Positions 1 through 15,074 of a stretch of 64,000 nt of DNA are shown here, in pieces. A program made the position numbers and the translations under genes. The number at the start of each line of letters is the position of its first letter. The first letter of the stretch is position 1. The notes beneath the pieces were generated by a model. That model was given only the letters and a program-made list of their open reading frames with translations. It searched no databases and was not told the origin of the DNA. Source of the DNA: Octopus sinensis (lineage: Eukaryota); contig NC_043012.1 of assembly GCF_006345805.1 (NCBI RefSeq), positions 26,102,001-26,166,000 of the forward strand, read 5' to 3'.

Positions 1-1193
1 GTGTGTGTGTGCGTGTGCGTGCGTGTGTGGGTGTGTGTTTGTGTGTGTGTGTTTGTGTGTGTGTTTGTGTGTGTGTGTTTTTGTGTGTGTGTGTGTGTGT
101 GTGTGTGCCAGATCTTTAACGTGGTTCGAAGGATGGTATGTACTCGCTGTGTTCGAAAACAACACATTTGATTATCACAGTGATTTCATCACTTTAAGTT
201 ATATAGAATATTTCTTTGAGGGGAAATATCTTGGTTTATCAGAAGTCAGGAATTACGGTAACTCATTACAGATTTTCTACGGAGTCCTCGTAACGTACCT
301 CTAGATATTCGTATCTACTTGCTGTGTTAAAAGACAATATATTTAATTATCATGGTGACTTCACCATTTAAAGTTACTAGAATAACTTTGAGAAATATCT
401 TGGTATACTAGAAGTTAGTAATTTTGTAACTCATTGTGAATTTTCTGTAAGAATTCAGAACATTCAAGTGGCTGGTGTGACTACCAGATTAATAAACTAT
501 TTCTAGATGCTGGTGTCTACTCCTCACTGGTACTCCAAAGTTACTTTTCAAGAAATTATTTATAATTATCAAAGACCTATTCTATCAAACCACATAATTC
601 CCTTCTCTGCAACAACGATAAATGATATTTCAAAATTCTATTGGTTGACTTGCAATGGAGAATTCAACTCCAGCTTTGAATATATAATTTAAGAGAAAGC
701 TTTCTACTACTCTCCATCCGAACTCAACATGTAGGAAAACGCCACCGAGTACCTTCCTTGGAAGGCGGTAAAATGCTTGCCATGGAAGTTTTCAAATGAG
801 ACATAAAGATGGAAACCTGTTGCGTTTATTCGAGTATTTTTCACGAGACAATTTTATCTGTTGAATAATATAGAAATAATTATACCTGCATAATTTTATT
901 GAAAAAATTCAACAAACATGGAGCTCTGGGATGGAACCGTTGTTTATTACTAATAAAATGGAATCTAAGGTAAGGTGGTCGAGTGCCAAAATGTTCGACC
1001 AGTATTATTTGTTCCTCTTATTTACCGATCTTGGTTCAAATCTGGCTGAAATCAAGTTTAGCATTCATCATTCTGGGACGATAAAGTAACGTGTATCAGT
1101 TAGGTATTCTTTCTCAAATTCTTAATTTCGTGAAAATGTAAAACAGAATTATCATAAGAACGAGAAGAGAAGTAATAATAACATAGAAGGATA

Positions 1194-1585
1194 TTCTACT
1201 GTAGGCACAAGGCCTGAAATTTGAGATCGCGGACAGACTACTATATCGACCTCAGTACTTCATTGTACTTATTTTATCGATCCTCAAAAGATGAAAGGCT
1301 TAGTCGAGCTTGATGAGTTTCAACTCAAACTGTAAATCTGGAAGAAGTGCTGTTTAATCAATTTTCTTCATACATTAACGATTCTGCCAGCTCATTGCTT
1401 TACAATCTAGAACAACCCTTTCTTCTAAATGCATAGCGCTTGACTGATACATTTTTATCGACCCCGAACGGATAGACGCAAATTCGGACTTAGAGTTCTA
1501 ATTGAATTTAGAGTTCTAAAGACGAACTAAACGCCGCTATGCATTTTCTCCGGTCTACTTATAAATCTGACAGCCCAGCGCCTTC
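1194..1585 (-). mobile_element. Two decayed SINE family A copies
   Basis: tacttattttatcgatcc..aaagatgaaaggc; aacgattctgccagctc; tttttatcgaccccgaacggat. Confidence 0.65.
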
Positions 1586-2029
1586 TTAAAAATCTGACAT
1601 AACAATGAACATAAACTATCCCCCTACAAAGTTAGTTACTCTACATTTAAGAAGATGGTAGAATTTGGCAGAAGGGATTTTAATTAGTTTGGAATCTGGA
1701 GAAAATTAATATGAAGAAAATAATAATTTCAATAAAGCACTTTTTAAGACATTCCAACAATCCTGCTCAACAATATTGCTCAAAATAATAATTTTGAGCA
1801 ATATGAACAGCTATAATAATACAACCGTCAAGCGAAATAACAAATCACACCTCGGTCTTTTGAACAGCAAGAAATAGGCACCACTTTCACTCAGGAGACA
1901 ACTCAAACATGTCATTACAGAGAAAATGGCAGGGCATTTACAGTTGGAATGCAGCTGATCGTGTCTGACGTGGAGCTAAACAATAGGAACAGCAACGAAC
2001 AGGTATTTAACGAGGCAACAAAGTAATTT

Positions 2030-2200
2030 TCCATTGTATTTCTCTACTATTCCAAACCTTATTATCTACATAATACCAACCATCACCTTCAAATGCCTCT
2101 TTAAAATCCACAAGATTAAACCAATATCTCCGCAACTTGCCCAGGAACCTACTTCTAATTATCTCTTCAAGCGCTAGTCGCCACGAGTAGCGGTTCTTCC
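2030..2200 (-). pseudogene. Degenerate LINE RT fragment (RTE-like)
   Basis: Minus frame LALEEIIRSRFLGKLRRYWFNLVDFKEAFEGDGW resembles the RT motif (F/L)VDFxKAFDxV. Confidence 0.45.
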
Positions 2201-2647
2201 ATCACGCATATAAGATACTTTAATGGCCAAGCCTTATTCGGTGTTTTCGTTTTCCTCTTGGGTGTTTCCTATTGAGATACCAACCCGCTTGAGACCGTTA
2301 CGTTTCTGTGATACAAATTTCCAGTTTTGATCCAATTTAAAACCTTCCATCATAATTCCATGTTAATTTATATTCCAAATACCATCCAAACAATAGCAAA
2401 ATTATCTCCTTAAATTCCTCCTGATTTTCAAAATGAATCGAAACAAGAATGATGTATTTCATTGGAAATATGATATCAAAAATTTAACACTCTTCGTAGC
2501 GTCACAGAACACGACATGAGAATCAAGTCACTTGAATTCTATACAGAACACTGCATAACGTTTTTCTCCATATTGCCAATGTTATAATCATCACCTTCTT
2601 TACTATTGAAATCATCCGTTTATGTCAATACGTTAAAGTATTTTATT

Positions 2648-2855
2648 CTTTTACTTCTTTCAGTCATTTGACTGCGGCCATGCTGGGGCACCGCCTTTAA
2701 TCGAAAAACTCGGCCCCAGGACTTGTTCTTTGTTAGCCTAATACATATTCTGGCCGTCTCTTTTGCCGAACCGCTAAGTGACGGTCGATAAAAGAAGCAG
2801 CATCAAGCGATGTTGGGGGACAAACACAGACACACAAACACACACAGAGACACAC

Positions 2856-2886
<31 letters not shown>

Positions 2887-2913
2887 GATATATATATATA
2901 TATATAATATATA

Positions 2914-2971
<58 letters not shown>

Positions 2972-3145
2972 GTACATATATACGACGGGTTTCTCTCAGT
3001 TTCCGTCTACCAAATCCAATCGCAAGGCTTTAGTAGGCCCGAAGCTATAGTAAAAGACACTTGCCCAAGGTGCCAGGCAGTGAGACTGAACCCAGACCCA
3101 TGGGGTTGGTAAGCACGCTACTTACCACACAGCTATACCTGCACC
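2648..3145 (-). mobile_element. tRNA-derived SINE family B with expanded internal (CA)n(TA)n
   Basis: cagtcatttgactgcggccatgctgg...tacgacggg...ctatagta.aagacacttgcccaaggtgcc...gactgaacc...cttaccacacagc; B box ggttcagtc on the minus strand. Confidence 0.85.
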
Positions 3146-3324
3146 AATATTGGTTACATGTTGATCCAACTGTCTACCTCTTTTATCAGACTCATCGTCG
3201 AACAATAGACATTAGATCGAATACTGCTTCGCCTCATCCCCAACTTACCATTTAATAGCACGTCTCTGCGTTGCCTTCGTTAAATCAATCCTGTCTTAGA
3301 ATATTGTTGTCGTTAGTTACTTCT

Positions 3325-3612
3325 CGAGCCACGCCCGGCTCATAGGGCCGGTTACCCGGTTTCCTTGGCGTATAGGTTCCCCACCTGGACGGGACGCTGG
3401 TTCGTCGCAGATGAGCTACAAGGTGCAGGAGGAAAGAGTGAGAGAAAGTTGTGGCGAAAGAGTCAGAAGAAGTTCGCCATTAGCTTCTGCCGGAACCGCG
3501 TGGAGCTTAGGTGTTTCGCTTATAAACAAACACATCACCTGGTCTGAGATTCGAACCCACGATCCCTCGATTGCGAGTTCGCTGCTCTAACCACTAGGCC
3601 ATGTGCCTCCAC
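3325..3612 (-). mobile_element. tRNA-derived SINE family C (gtggaggcgca.tggc.tagtggttag...)
   Basis: Minus strand: A box tggcctagtgg, B box ggttcgaatc. Confidence 0.8.
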
Positions 3613-4002
3613 ATTGTCTTAGAATAAACAACAGTTAATTGTCAACTTGGACTCGTCCGCTGCATCTAGTTTTAACACCCATTTGTTTTCTTACAAACAC
3701 CCCTCTCACAACACATCGATAAATATCACACGAACATTTCTCACCACATATAATTTACCCATCTATCCCCAAGCACTTATAATGCATTTTTCTTACAAAA
3801 TTTACAATGTTACACCGTATCCACGAAGCAAAGATACTAACGTAAATATCAGCCGCCATTTCTCTCCACAGACTCACACTAATTTCCTTCGAATCACTTC
3901 TACACGCTGTGTTCCTCTGAGTGCAATCTCTTCACAGAATCGATTAACACTCGACAGCTCCGCTCAGTCGTATTCCTTGACAAAGAAAATTCTTTTATTG
4001 TT

Positions 4003-4340
4003 TTACAGTCTTTTGACTGCAGCAGCCATGCTGGGGAACCGCCATTAGTCGAATAAATCGACCCCAAAACTTATTCTTTGTCAGTCTAGTACTTATCTTA
4101 TCGGCCTCCTTTGTAAAACCGCTTGTTTACGGGGACGTACAAACCAACACACACTCACGCACAAACACACATATGTACGACGGGCTTGTTTCAGTTTCTG
4201 TCTACCAAATCCACTCACAGGGCTTTGGTCGGCCCGAGGCTATAGTAGAAGACATTTGCCCAAGGTGTCACGCAGTGGGACTGAACCCGGAACCATGTGG
4301 TTAGTAAGCTAGCTACTTACCACATAGCCACGCCTGCGCC
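4003..4340 (-). mobile_element. SINE family B, compact copy
   Basis: Same modules as 2648-3145 with a short internal CA tract. Confidence 0.85.
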
Positions 4341-4688
4341 TATTTGTGCAAAACGTCGACACTTGTCCCTTCCCATTTATTATGTATTACGTTCACTTTG
4401 CCGCCATGCTGTCAGACATTTCTAGTTTTATATTGTTCTCTTACTTTCTTTCCCATTGTTTATTTAAACTCTATACATATTTACAGCACAAACTCCGATC
4501 AAATTTATATTTACCACCACTGGACTTACATGCACGCACACATATACGTAGAGTTTTTTAATATTTCAAAGCATACGCAAAAAGCTATAAATAACAGTTA
4601 TATAAATATATATAATGAAGAAATGAATAGGATAATTATCCCCTTATACAGCACACAGCTAATTAGCGCTGTAGCAGCGCCTCAGGAA

Positions 4689-5398
4689 TATAAAACCAAG
4701 AAAGAGAGAACAAATTTCAAAGGTCAGTGTTCATATTCACTCAATAAATTTCAAAGCGTCAGAATGCTCCACAGCATAGATGGGTGCATTCATATACACA
4801 TGAAATAATATTAACATTTATAAATATATAAGTATATAAATACATAAATGTACTTGCGAGGTTGTATGTCATATTAAAATCAAAGAGTATATTAAAATAT
4901 GCGGATGGTGGATGCATAGCGATAATACAGATAGATTAGAAAGTTGGTATAAAATGATCCTAAAAGGAATCTCGAGAAGGTCCAAAGTCAGACGGCCGTT
5001 TCGGGAAGATATAGGTTTGTATGGGCGAGTTAATTCCAACCACAACAATCATCTATATTTCTCTCGTCAGAGTTAATCTAAAGGATTTATAAGAATTATT
5101 TAAATCTTAAAGTTTTAAGAAACGGCCGTCAGACTTTGCACCTACTCAAGGTTCCTTTTAAAATCATTTTATACCAACTTTCTGATCTATCAGTATTACC
5201 GCTATGCATTCACCATCCGCATATTTTAACATCCACTTTGGTTTTGATACGGACATACAACCTTTATAAAATTTTGTATTACGTCTTGTGTATATGAATG
5301 CACCTATGTATGCTGTGGAGTATTCCGACGCTTTGAAATATACTGGGTGAATATGAACACTGACATCTGAAATATATTCTCTCTTTCTTAGTTATATA
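4689..5398. repeat. Imperfect ~300 bp-arm inverted repeat (fold-back), probably a PLE pLTR remnant
   Basis: 4689-5002 matches the reverse complement of 5119-5398 (e.g. ctccacagcata.atrggtgcattcatatacaca; gcatagc..taatac.gatagat.agaaagttggtataaaatgat; aaagtc.gacggccgtttc). Confidence 0.9.
4987..5074 (-). ncRNA. Hammerhead-like motif with long stem II
   Basis: Minus strand: CTGACGA-GAGAAATATAG...CTATATCTTCCC-GAAA-CGGCC-GTC. Palindromic ACGGCCGT stem III and GUC triplet; stem I is poor. Confidence 0.55.
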
Positions 5399-6518
5399 TA
5401 TATTATATAATTGATGGTAGAAACACCGTACTTCGTTCGTTTTTCAACCTTAATATACTCTCAGTTATATTAAATGTTTATAAGTCAATATAGACACTCA
5501 CACAGAAAGAGAGCGGGTGAAAGATAGAGAGGGATTTTAATAATTCTCTGTTTGCGTGTATATATATATATATATATATATGCATTGTGGTAAAAGAAAT
5601 ATATAGATCAATATATATATATATATATATGCATTGTGGTAAAAGAAATATATAGGACAATAGGTAATAGATAGATAGATAGATAAACAGACAGATGCAC
5701 AACCAGTAACAAATCCGACAGATAGAAAGAAAGAAAGGTTTTGATAACAGACAATTAGCAGCTTGTTTAGATGTAGACTTTGATTTATTATTAAACGAAC
5801 AGAACAGATAAGCTGATCAGAGGAAAAATAAACAAGATTTTACAGTCGGTTTCGTTACGAAATTGGTATTACTTAGTTGCGACAAGAACACTGCAGAAAT
5901 GTAATGAAGACAGGTTTGAAAGAGATATATATGTATACTGGACGTGACGAACATGTCCGACGACTACACATATAAACTACTGTTATATCACTTCCTCCCA
6001 ATCAAAGATTACATGTTTCATTGGATTAAGTCGTGGAATTTAATTACTGTTGCATTCGAAAAGACTTTAAAGTCATTAACTTTAGTTCTGGGAGACATTT
6101 ATTGATGCTGTAGCAGTGAGATTTTCAATCTGGTGGCATCTTAAAGAACAAGGTAGGTGAAAGAGAGATATTTGAAAGCGGCAAAGCGCGATTTGCGAGC
6201 GATTTTTTGTTTAATAATTTCTGTGTCGCGCAGGAAGAGCCATTGGAAAAGGAAAAATAAAATGGCTACCTGGTGCTTATGTGGCCCCAACTGACCAAAG
6301 ACACAGCGGTGGAAGGATTCCAGGGAGAGGTTCCTCTTGCAGGAGTGAAGCCCTGGATACGGAATTTCTGACAAGATCTGCAAATGACCCATCCCACACT
6401 CTCTCCCACATGCCCTCTCTTTCTCTTCCCCCCCTCTCTCTCTCTCTCTCTCTTTCTCATTCTTTCACTTCTTCTCTGTCTTTCTATCACTCGTTTTCAC
6501 AGTCCACTCTCTCAAAAA

Positions 6519-7192
6519 TTCTACTACAGGAACAAGGCTTAACATTTTGATAGAGGGCTCTAGTCGATTACAGAGATCCCCCAATGCATAACTGGTACTT
6601 ATTTTATCGACCCCACCACAGAAGCGTGAAGGGCAAAGTCGACCTGGAAGGAATTTGAACTCTGAACGTAAATCGCTGGAAGAAATTTCACGAAGCATTT
6701 TTCCCGATGGGGTAACGATTCTGCCAGGTCACTGCTTTCCCCTTTTTTTCTCTCAATACTTTTACACTAACGGCCAATTCCTAAAATTTTGGGAGAGAGT
6801 GATCATCGAATGCATCAATCTCAGAACATTACCGCTACTTCTTTTATCGACCGAGAATGGATAAAAGGCAAGGTCGATCTCGGCAGGATTTGGGCTCGGA
6901 ACGTAATAACTGCCAAAATAACGCTGAGCATTATATCCAGTGTTCTATGAATTCTACCAGCTCACCCGCTTCTCTCTTCAAGAAAATTGGTTTCAAATTT
7001 TGGTGCAAGGCCAGTACTTTCAGTAGGGGAAGCTGATTACATTGGAGTACTCAACTGGAATATATTTTATTGACCCTGAAAGAACAAAAAGCGAAGGCGA
7101 CTTCGGTGGAATTTGAACACCGGAGGAAATGACGGCCGAAATGCTGCAAATCAATTTTCCGCGGCACGCTAACGATTCTGCCAGCTCATCAC
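6519..7192 (-). mobile_element. Cluster of three decayed SINE family A copies (6519-6735, 6820-6970, 6985-7192)
   Basis: Repeated ttttatcgaccc...ggcaaagtcgac...atttgaac...aacgattctgccagctc. Confidence 0.75.
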
Positions 7193-7221
7193 TTTTTCTT
7201 TCTAAGAATATTAAAAATAAT

Positions 7222-7471
7222 AAATGCGCCCTTTTAACGCCTAGCCAGACGCATGGCCCGGTCTCTCGGTTTCTATAGCGTATGTGTTCCCCAGCTGGAC
7301 GGAACGCCTGTCCATCGCAGCGTTACTCATCTTTGCCAGCGGAGTGGACAGGAGCAACGTGAAATGAAGTGTTTTGCTCAAGAGCACAACGCGTCGCCCG
7401 GTCCAGGAATCGAAACCACAATCTTACGATCATGATGCTGACACCCTAACCACTAAGCCACGCGCCTCCAC
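7222..7471 (-). mobile_element. SINE family C
   Basis: Reverse complement matches 61893-62131. Confidence 0.85.
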
Positions 7472-7502
7472 TCTAAGAATATTACAAACAAGAAAAATAT
7501 TC

Positions 7503-7640
7503 TATAACCATCCGCCGAGGACGACTTTGCCTTTCATCCTTTCGGGGTCGATAAATTACGTACCGGTTGCTTTCTGGGGGCAATCTAATCGAAAATTTCC
7601 CCAAAATTTCGAGCCTTGTGCCTAGAGTAGAAAAGAATAT
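7503..7640 (+). mobile_element. SINE family A 3' half
   Basis: ccgccgaggacgactttgcctttcatcctttcggggtcgataaatt...cctagagtagaaaag. Confidence 0.7.
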
Positions 7641-8886
7641 TCTGTAACCATCTAAATTGTAATGGCGGGAAGGAAAGCCACATATGTAATCACATTAAGT
7701 CACTACGTTTAAATATGGAAACCATCATCAAAACATGCACGCGCACCTTTTCTCAATTACTAAGACATAAACTCTATCATTTTGGGGGCCCAGAGAGAAC
7801 AATGAAGTTGTGTCGTAAGTTTTTCCTTCGAGAGTTGAGCTGCAGGTCTTTACCATGATCATGGATAGTGGTTCCGTAGTCCAGCATGTAACCAGCAGTG
7901 ATGCAGTACTTACACACTAGTGTTTCTTTATGCATCGACTGGAATATGACGGTCAGATAACTGCAGGCATTTAAAAGCATTATAGACGAGGATTTGACGA
8001 GGAAATTGCAGCTGTTTTTCATACTCAATGTCAAGACCACTACAGCTGACATAAGGCCAATACCGTGATACAAACATAACCATCTCGTTTTCTTTTCTGT
8101 TCTGTTTTTTTTTTTTTTTAGTACAGACATTTACATCACAAACTACACAAGGCAATAATGGGGGATTATGTATCCAAAACTAGAGTTTTAGAAGAATTTT
8201 CATTACCTTTCCCCTTAACTGATGTTGACCAGTTGCTGTATAAATTCTCAACATGCCGTTTCTAGTTTGTCTATTCTGAGTAAAGACTCATCTGTCGATA
8301 CACTATGTGGAGCCAGTCGTCGGTAAGATAAGGTGAAACCGTAGAAGGGTAATTAACGTTGGCTGTTGGCCCGCTAACGTTGAATTTGAACTTAGAAGCG
8401 AATCAGACAGATCAGACAATGAAACACATGTCAACCAACACGTTAACGTTACAGTTGATGTCCGACATTGTACTGGTATCAATTGAGTAGAATTACCAAA
8501 TTCCGTACACAGGTCTCGATACAGTTTGTGAAGTTTATCAGTTACAACATATCATTCATTATATATGGAATTAAAGATATATATTATATCTGTCAAACTT
8601 TTAAGGGGTAGAATGACTAATACACAAGCGCTCAAATACACACACGTTCACACCAGCACACACTCGCACACATAATTTTATATATATGAAATTCACAAAC
8701 GGAATTCACAGACGACAGCTCTTCCGTGGTGTTATTCAATTCCTCAAAGACACTTGCGGTGATGTATCAAGCTCTTGAGTAATAATTCTAAGAATATTCA
8801 TGAAATGTCTCCAAAGAGTTTTTTACGTTTCGTCATTCATATCCAACAAATCTCCGTTAGATCTATGTGTGAGTATATACATACAG

Positions 8887-8922
<36 letters not shown>

Positions 8923-8960
8923 CCATGTATAAATATATGTATAGGTATATGTATATATGA

Positions 8961-9013
<53 letters not shown>

Positions 9014-9080
9014 TATATATATACGTATATAGTTTTTGTCTATATGTATGTGTAAAACATATGTTCTTATGCATATGTAT

Positions 9081-9132
<52 letters not shown>

Positions 9133-9860
9133 ATATTATATATATATGCTTACATTTTTGCTCGTACGACATGTGATTAAATATGTTAACGTTTTTTATA
9201 TTCTGTGTTTAACAGACATAGATCAAATGTCGACCGAAAATATTTACCAACCGAAGACTAAAGTTGCAGACAATGGATTTAATATTTAAGAAATATATAA
9301 TGTCAGACGAAGCATCCAGAATTTCGGGTGACCAATAAATACACGAATAGCAGCATGGTTAGCACGATCGATTTGAAGCGATGTGGGTTATTGTTTGATT
9401 GCAATTAACTGCACCTCGAGCAAATTCCTTGACAGTAATTTAGTTAAATAGAGATATGCAGAAGCCGATTTTGTTCTATAAGTCCAATTGAAAGAAAGGA
9501 AAACAACTACTAGAGACAAACAGGAAAGATATTGTGACCGATGGGCGCGTTGCACCATTGATCTTAGAGCAATGCTTCATCGCGTGAGACGAAGGTTGTG
9601 TTGTGAAAGCTAAGGTGTGTTCTTTAAGATGAGGGTGAAAAGACGTTATGAGGGGCCGTGTGGGACGAAAGCAATATGACAATAATGCTACAATACGATT
9701 CTTGAAAAACCACAATGAGTGAATGCAAAATCTTACTGCTGCATACTCTCCATTGCTCGGGCCCAAATAGAAGCGTGCGTCTTCTACGCTACAAGTACTA
9801 CTACTACTACTGTTAATACTGCTGCTGCTGCTACTACTACTACTACTACTACTGCTGCTG

Positions 9861-9902
<42 letters not shown>

Positions 9903-10037
9903 ACTACTACTACTACTACTACTACTACTGCAGCTGCTGATGCTGCTGCTGTTACTATTATCATTTACGCATTTGAAATTATACCTTCGCAAGTTAACTT
10001 GGGATTTCTTAAGTTACAATATTTGTATATATAATAT

Positions 10038-10082
<45 letters not shown>

Positions 10083-10092
10083 TATATATATA

Positions 10093-10281
10093 TTCAGCAA
10101 TCTGCCTGCGTCCATGCTGGAGCACCGCCTTTAGTTGACCAAATCGATACCTTAGTAAACCTGGTACTTATTCTATCGTTCTCTTTTTACGGACAGATGA
10201 GTTACAGGGACGTAACCATGCCAACATCGGCTGTCAATCGATTGTGGTGCGGGGACAAACCCAGGCACGCAAGCATATACA

Positions 10282-10342
<61 letters not shown>

Positions 10343-10572
10343 CACACATATACATACATATACATAATATATACATATATATATATATATATATACACAC
10401 ACATATATACATACTTTTATATATACGACGGGTTTCTTACAGTTTCAGTCTACCAAATTTATTCACAAGGTTTTAGTCGGACAGAGGCTATAGCAGTAAA
10501 CATTTTCCCAAGGTGTCGCAGTGGGACTGAACCAGGTACCATGTGGTTGGGAAGTAAGATTTTTACCACCAG
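10093..10572 (-). mobile_element. SINE family B with expanded internal (TA)n
   Basis: Same modules as the other family B copies. Confidence 0.8.
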
Positions 10573-11269
10573 TTCATTTATCTTACTAAGCAATTCACGT
10601 CTGTGCCCCAATGAGACTGCAGTCCAGTGACTAAAACAAGTATACGAAAGATCAGAGATAATCTCATCATGCTTCTTGGCCTGCACATTTCGTCTAATCC
10701 CCAATAAGTAGCATACGATTTGGTATAGCTGAATGGGTGAAATGTTCTCTTCAGATCGTCATGGTCAACAGTTGAGGTTGCGCTCCACCTGCATAACTTC
10801 CTAGGCAAGGGTTTCTACAACAGTTGGATCAGAGAAACTTAATCATTCTCAGTGAGCTTTGGCAGAAGCAAAATACGTTAAACAAGTCTGTCAGTTACAA
10901 ATAAAAGCGACCCCAAAATGTACTTCAATTGCAGTGAGTAACTCGGTCAGAATAAAACTTCCATATAATTATATTTCATTTTTAAGAAGATCGCTGAAAT
11001 AGTAGTAAACAAATGTATGTTACTCTATATAAGCCACTGAAATCTAGGGTTTTAAAATCCCCAGAGAAACACTGACCGCAATCCGATAACTGAAAAAGCA
11101 AAAGCAACAGAATTATATCGCTATGTGACTAATTGTTCCAATTGTGAAGAAGATAATTAACCCCAGGAGTATAAACTAATTATAAACTAACGGCAATGAT
11201 TTCTTTTTTTTATAAAAATAGAGTCGATCATAAAACTTGTCATCTCAGCACTATCCTGAAATATAATAT

Positions 11270-12150
<881 letters not shown>

Positions 12151-13169
12151 AATAAGATAGGTAATTTAGTATTTCATGCAGCCAGCTTCATTACTCGAAT
12201 TGGAGATTCTTGATTGCCAACGGCAACGCTTCAACGACGAAATTTCGTCAAATATTAAATCGACTCAAACACGCACAAATACAAACCCACAAACACACGA
12301 CCACACACACACTTATATACATAAACAAACACACGCACAAATACACGTATACACATGCATAATATATAACAGCGAACCACAAATACACACGGATACATTC
12401 AAAGATATATTTGTTTTACGTTATGTTATTGGACACATTAGAAGAAAATTCTAGACTGTGAATTTAAACTAAATCTAAGAAAAAATATATAAAATGATTT
12501 GCTGCCATCAATAGATCTCATCAGTGATTACGAAAGATGTACCTACAGTCCAAGTGGGGAATCGTAATCTTTGGTAGAGCTTTAGAAGAAGAAATATTAA
12601 ATACAAGAATTTCTTGTAATCACATGTTGTTCGTTCGTATTTTTAAAAATTCTTGGATAATTTATGGCTTCTGTTTATGCTCGCGAATTAATTTTTTATT
12701 TGGTGGCCCATCTGTATCGAATCATGTTTCTCGAAAGTTAAACAGCTCTGTATATATATATATTTATATATATATATTTATATATATATATGCGCTTACG
12801 TATGTATACATATATAGCAGGTATATGCACAATTATATTTGCAGTAACTCTTACGCAAAATGCACTGACAAGAAAAAATCTCTCTATCTTCTTTGTCTGT
12901 GCATAGATGAGTGTATACATATATGCATTGATATAGGCATCTGATGTTGAAGAAGAGATAACCACTCCGAAATGCATATATTAGCTGGTCGAGTTAAAGT
13001 TCGCTTAGAAGTGGCTTGATGCGTTTACACGTATTTTATTAAACCGTGAAATTTTCTTCTAAACAGTATATAATGCATGATTTTCTTAGTGTCCAAATAT
13101 GCTACACGCTTTTGCAAATACTTACATATGTACTTACATACGTACGCACACACATACACACATGTTGTG

Positions 13170-13228
<59 letters not shown>

Positions 13229-13451
13229 TTTGAAATTTGCATAAAACATAAGACGAAGAGAATTGTATAATCAATAAGCTGGTGTATCAGATTGACGCTC
13301 GAGAGGATGAGAATGTGGTTTACGTTTAGAGCCTACGCTCTTCAATAGAATGGAGCACAAGGAAATAAACAGAGAGAGAATTGAAAAACTGAGCGAGAAA
13401 AAAAATCTTTTGGAGTTACTGGTCAATCATGGCGACTGATATATATATATG

Positions 13452-13482
<31 letters not shown>

Positions 13483-13553
13483 CGAGATGGAGAGAGATGG
13501 AAAGTAAATAGATAGATGGATAAAAAGATAGACAGACAGGCAGACAGATAGAC

Positions 13554-13592
<39 letters not shown>

Positions 13593-13645
13593 CAGACAGA
13601 TACATACATCCATTGACAGAGGGACAGACATACAGACAGACAGAC

Positions 13646-13726
<81 letters not shown>

Positions 13727-14036
13727 CATCTATACAAATATATATATTTTGTGTTTGTGTATGTCTCTGTATGTGTATGTGTGTATGTGTGCGCGTGTGT
13801 ATGATGAAACTACTACTGCTGCTGAAGCTGTTGCTGACGCTAGTATACTTAATCTTTGTATCATTTCTCCTACTGATGCTAATACTTTGATTACCATAGC
13901 TCCTATTATTACTGTTATTCGCTCTACTGTTACTACAACAACAACTGCCACAAGAACTAATATTACGACTACTAATTCTAATATAACTAATACCGGCTAA
14001 GAACAACGATTAACAATACTACTACACCCACTTTAA

Positions 14037-14484
14037 GGCGGCGAGCTGGTAGAAACGTTAACACATCGGGCGAAATGTTTCGTGGTCTTCCATCTACCGC
14101 TACGTTCTGAGTTCAAATTCTGCCGAAGTCGACTTTGCCTTTTATCCATTCGGGGTTAATAAATTAAGAACAATTTGCATATTGGGGTCAATCTAATCGA
14201 CTGCCCCCCTCCCCAAGTATTTCGGGCCTTGTACCTAGAGTAGAAAATAATACTATTACACCCTCTTCAAGGCGGCGAGCTTGCCGAAACGTTAGCACGC
14301 CGGGCGAAATGCTAAGCAGTACTTCGTCTATCTTTACGTTCTGAGTTCAAATTTCTTCCGAGCTCGACTTTGCATTTTATCGTTTCGGGCTTGATAAATT
14401 AAGTGCCAGTTGCATATTGGGGTTGATCTAATCGACTTCCCCCCACTCCAAAAATTCCGGACCCTGTGCTTAGAGGAGAAAAGA
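14037..14484 (+). mobile_element. Two head-to-tail SINE family A copies (14037-14247, 14271-14484)
   Basis: Both start ggcggcgagct and share the body; they are separated by about 25 bp. Confidence 0.85.
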
Positions 14485-15074
14485 TTATTATAACTAAAAC
14501 TGCTAATACACTTAGCAGTACATCTGCTATTACAACTATTTGTATACTAATAATACTACTACAGCTGCTGCTGCTACTACTACTACTACTACTACAATAA
14601 AAGCAGCAGTCGTAAGTCCGCCTACACCAAAAGAATACAGAATGAAAAATTAAAAGTTTTATTTTAAACCTGCCATCAGTGAGAAGATACATCCATTCAC
14701 TGTACGTTCCGTTGTGACTTTTATATCTGTTCCAATATTTACGACAAAAACAAAGAAAGAAAAGAAAAACAAGACAAACGGGAAAAAAAGATGAAGACAG
14801 AGAGACAAAAAAATGTTTCAAATAAGATGCAACAATACGAATCTCAGATTCTTTTTTTTCCTTTTTGATTTTCCTACATATTTATTATATTATTATTTTT
14901 TTTTTTTTTGGTTTGGCTTGCTATTTCCTTGTATATCGTCATTGTTTGATGTTGTTCCATGACAATGTTTACTTGTTCACAAATGGCGGAGATTCCATCT
15001 AGAGATTGCTTTCAACAAATTATGAACCTTGCTTTACCATCAAGAGATTCCAAATTACGAAAAGAAAAGGCATA

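Noticed and set aside
7777-8155. Two overlapping minus-strand ORFs in complex sequence
   Set aside because: Both start in a poly-A/T run, show no recognisable motif and have no consistent splice sites; they could not be supported as exons.
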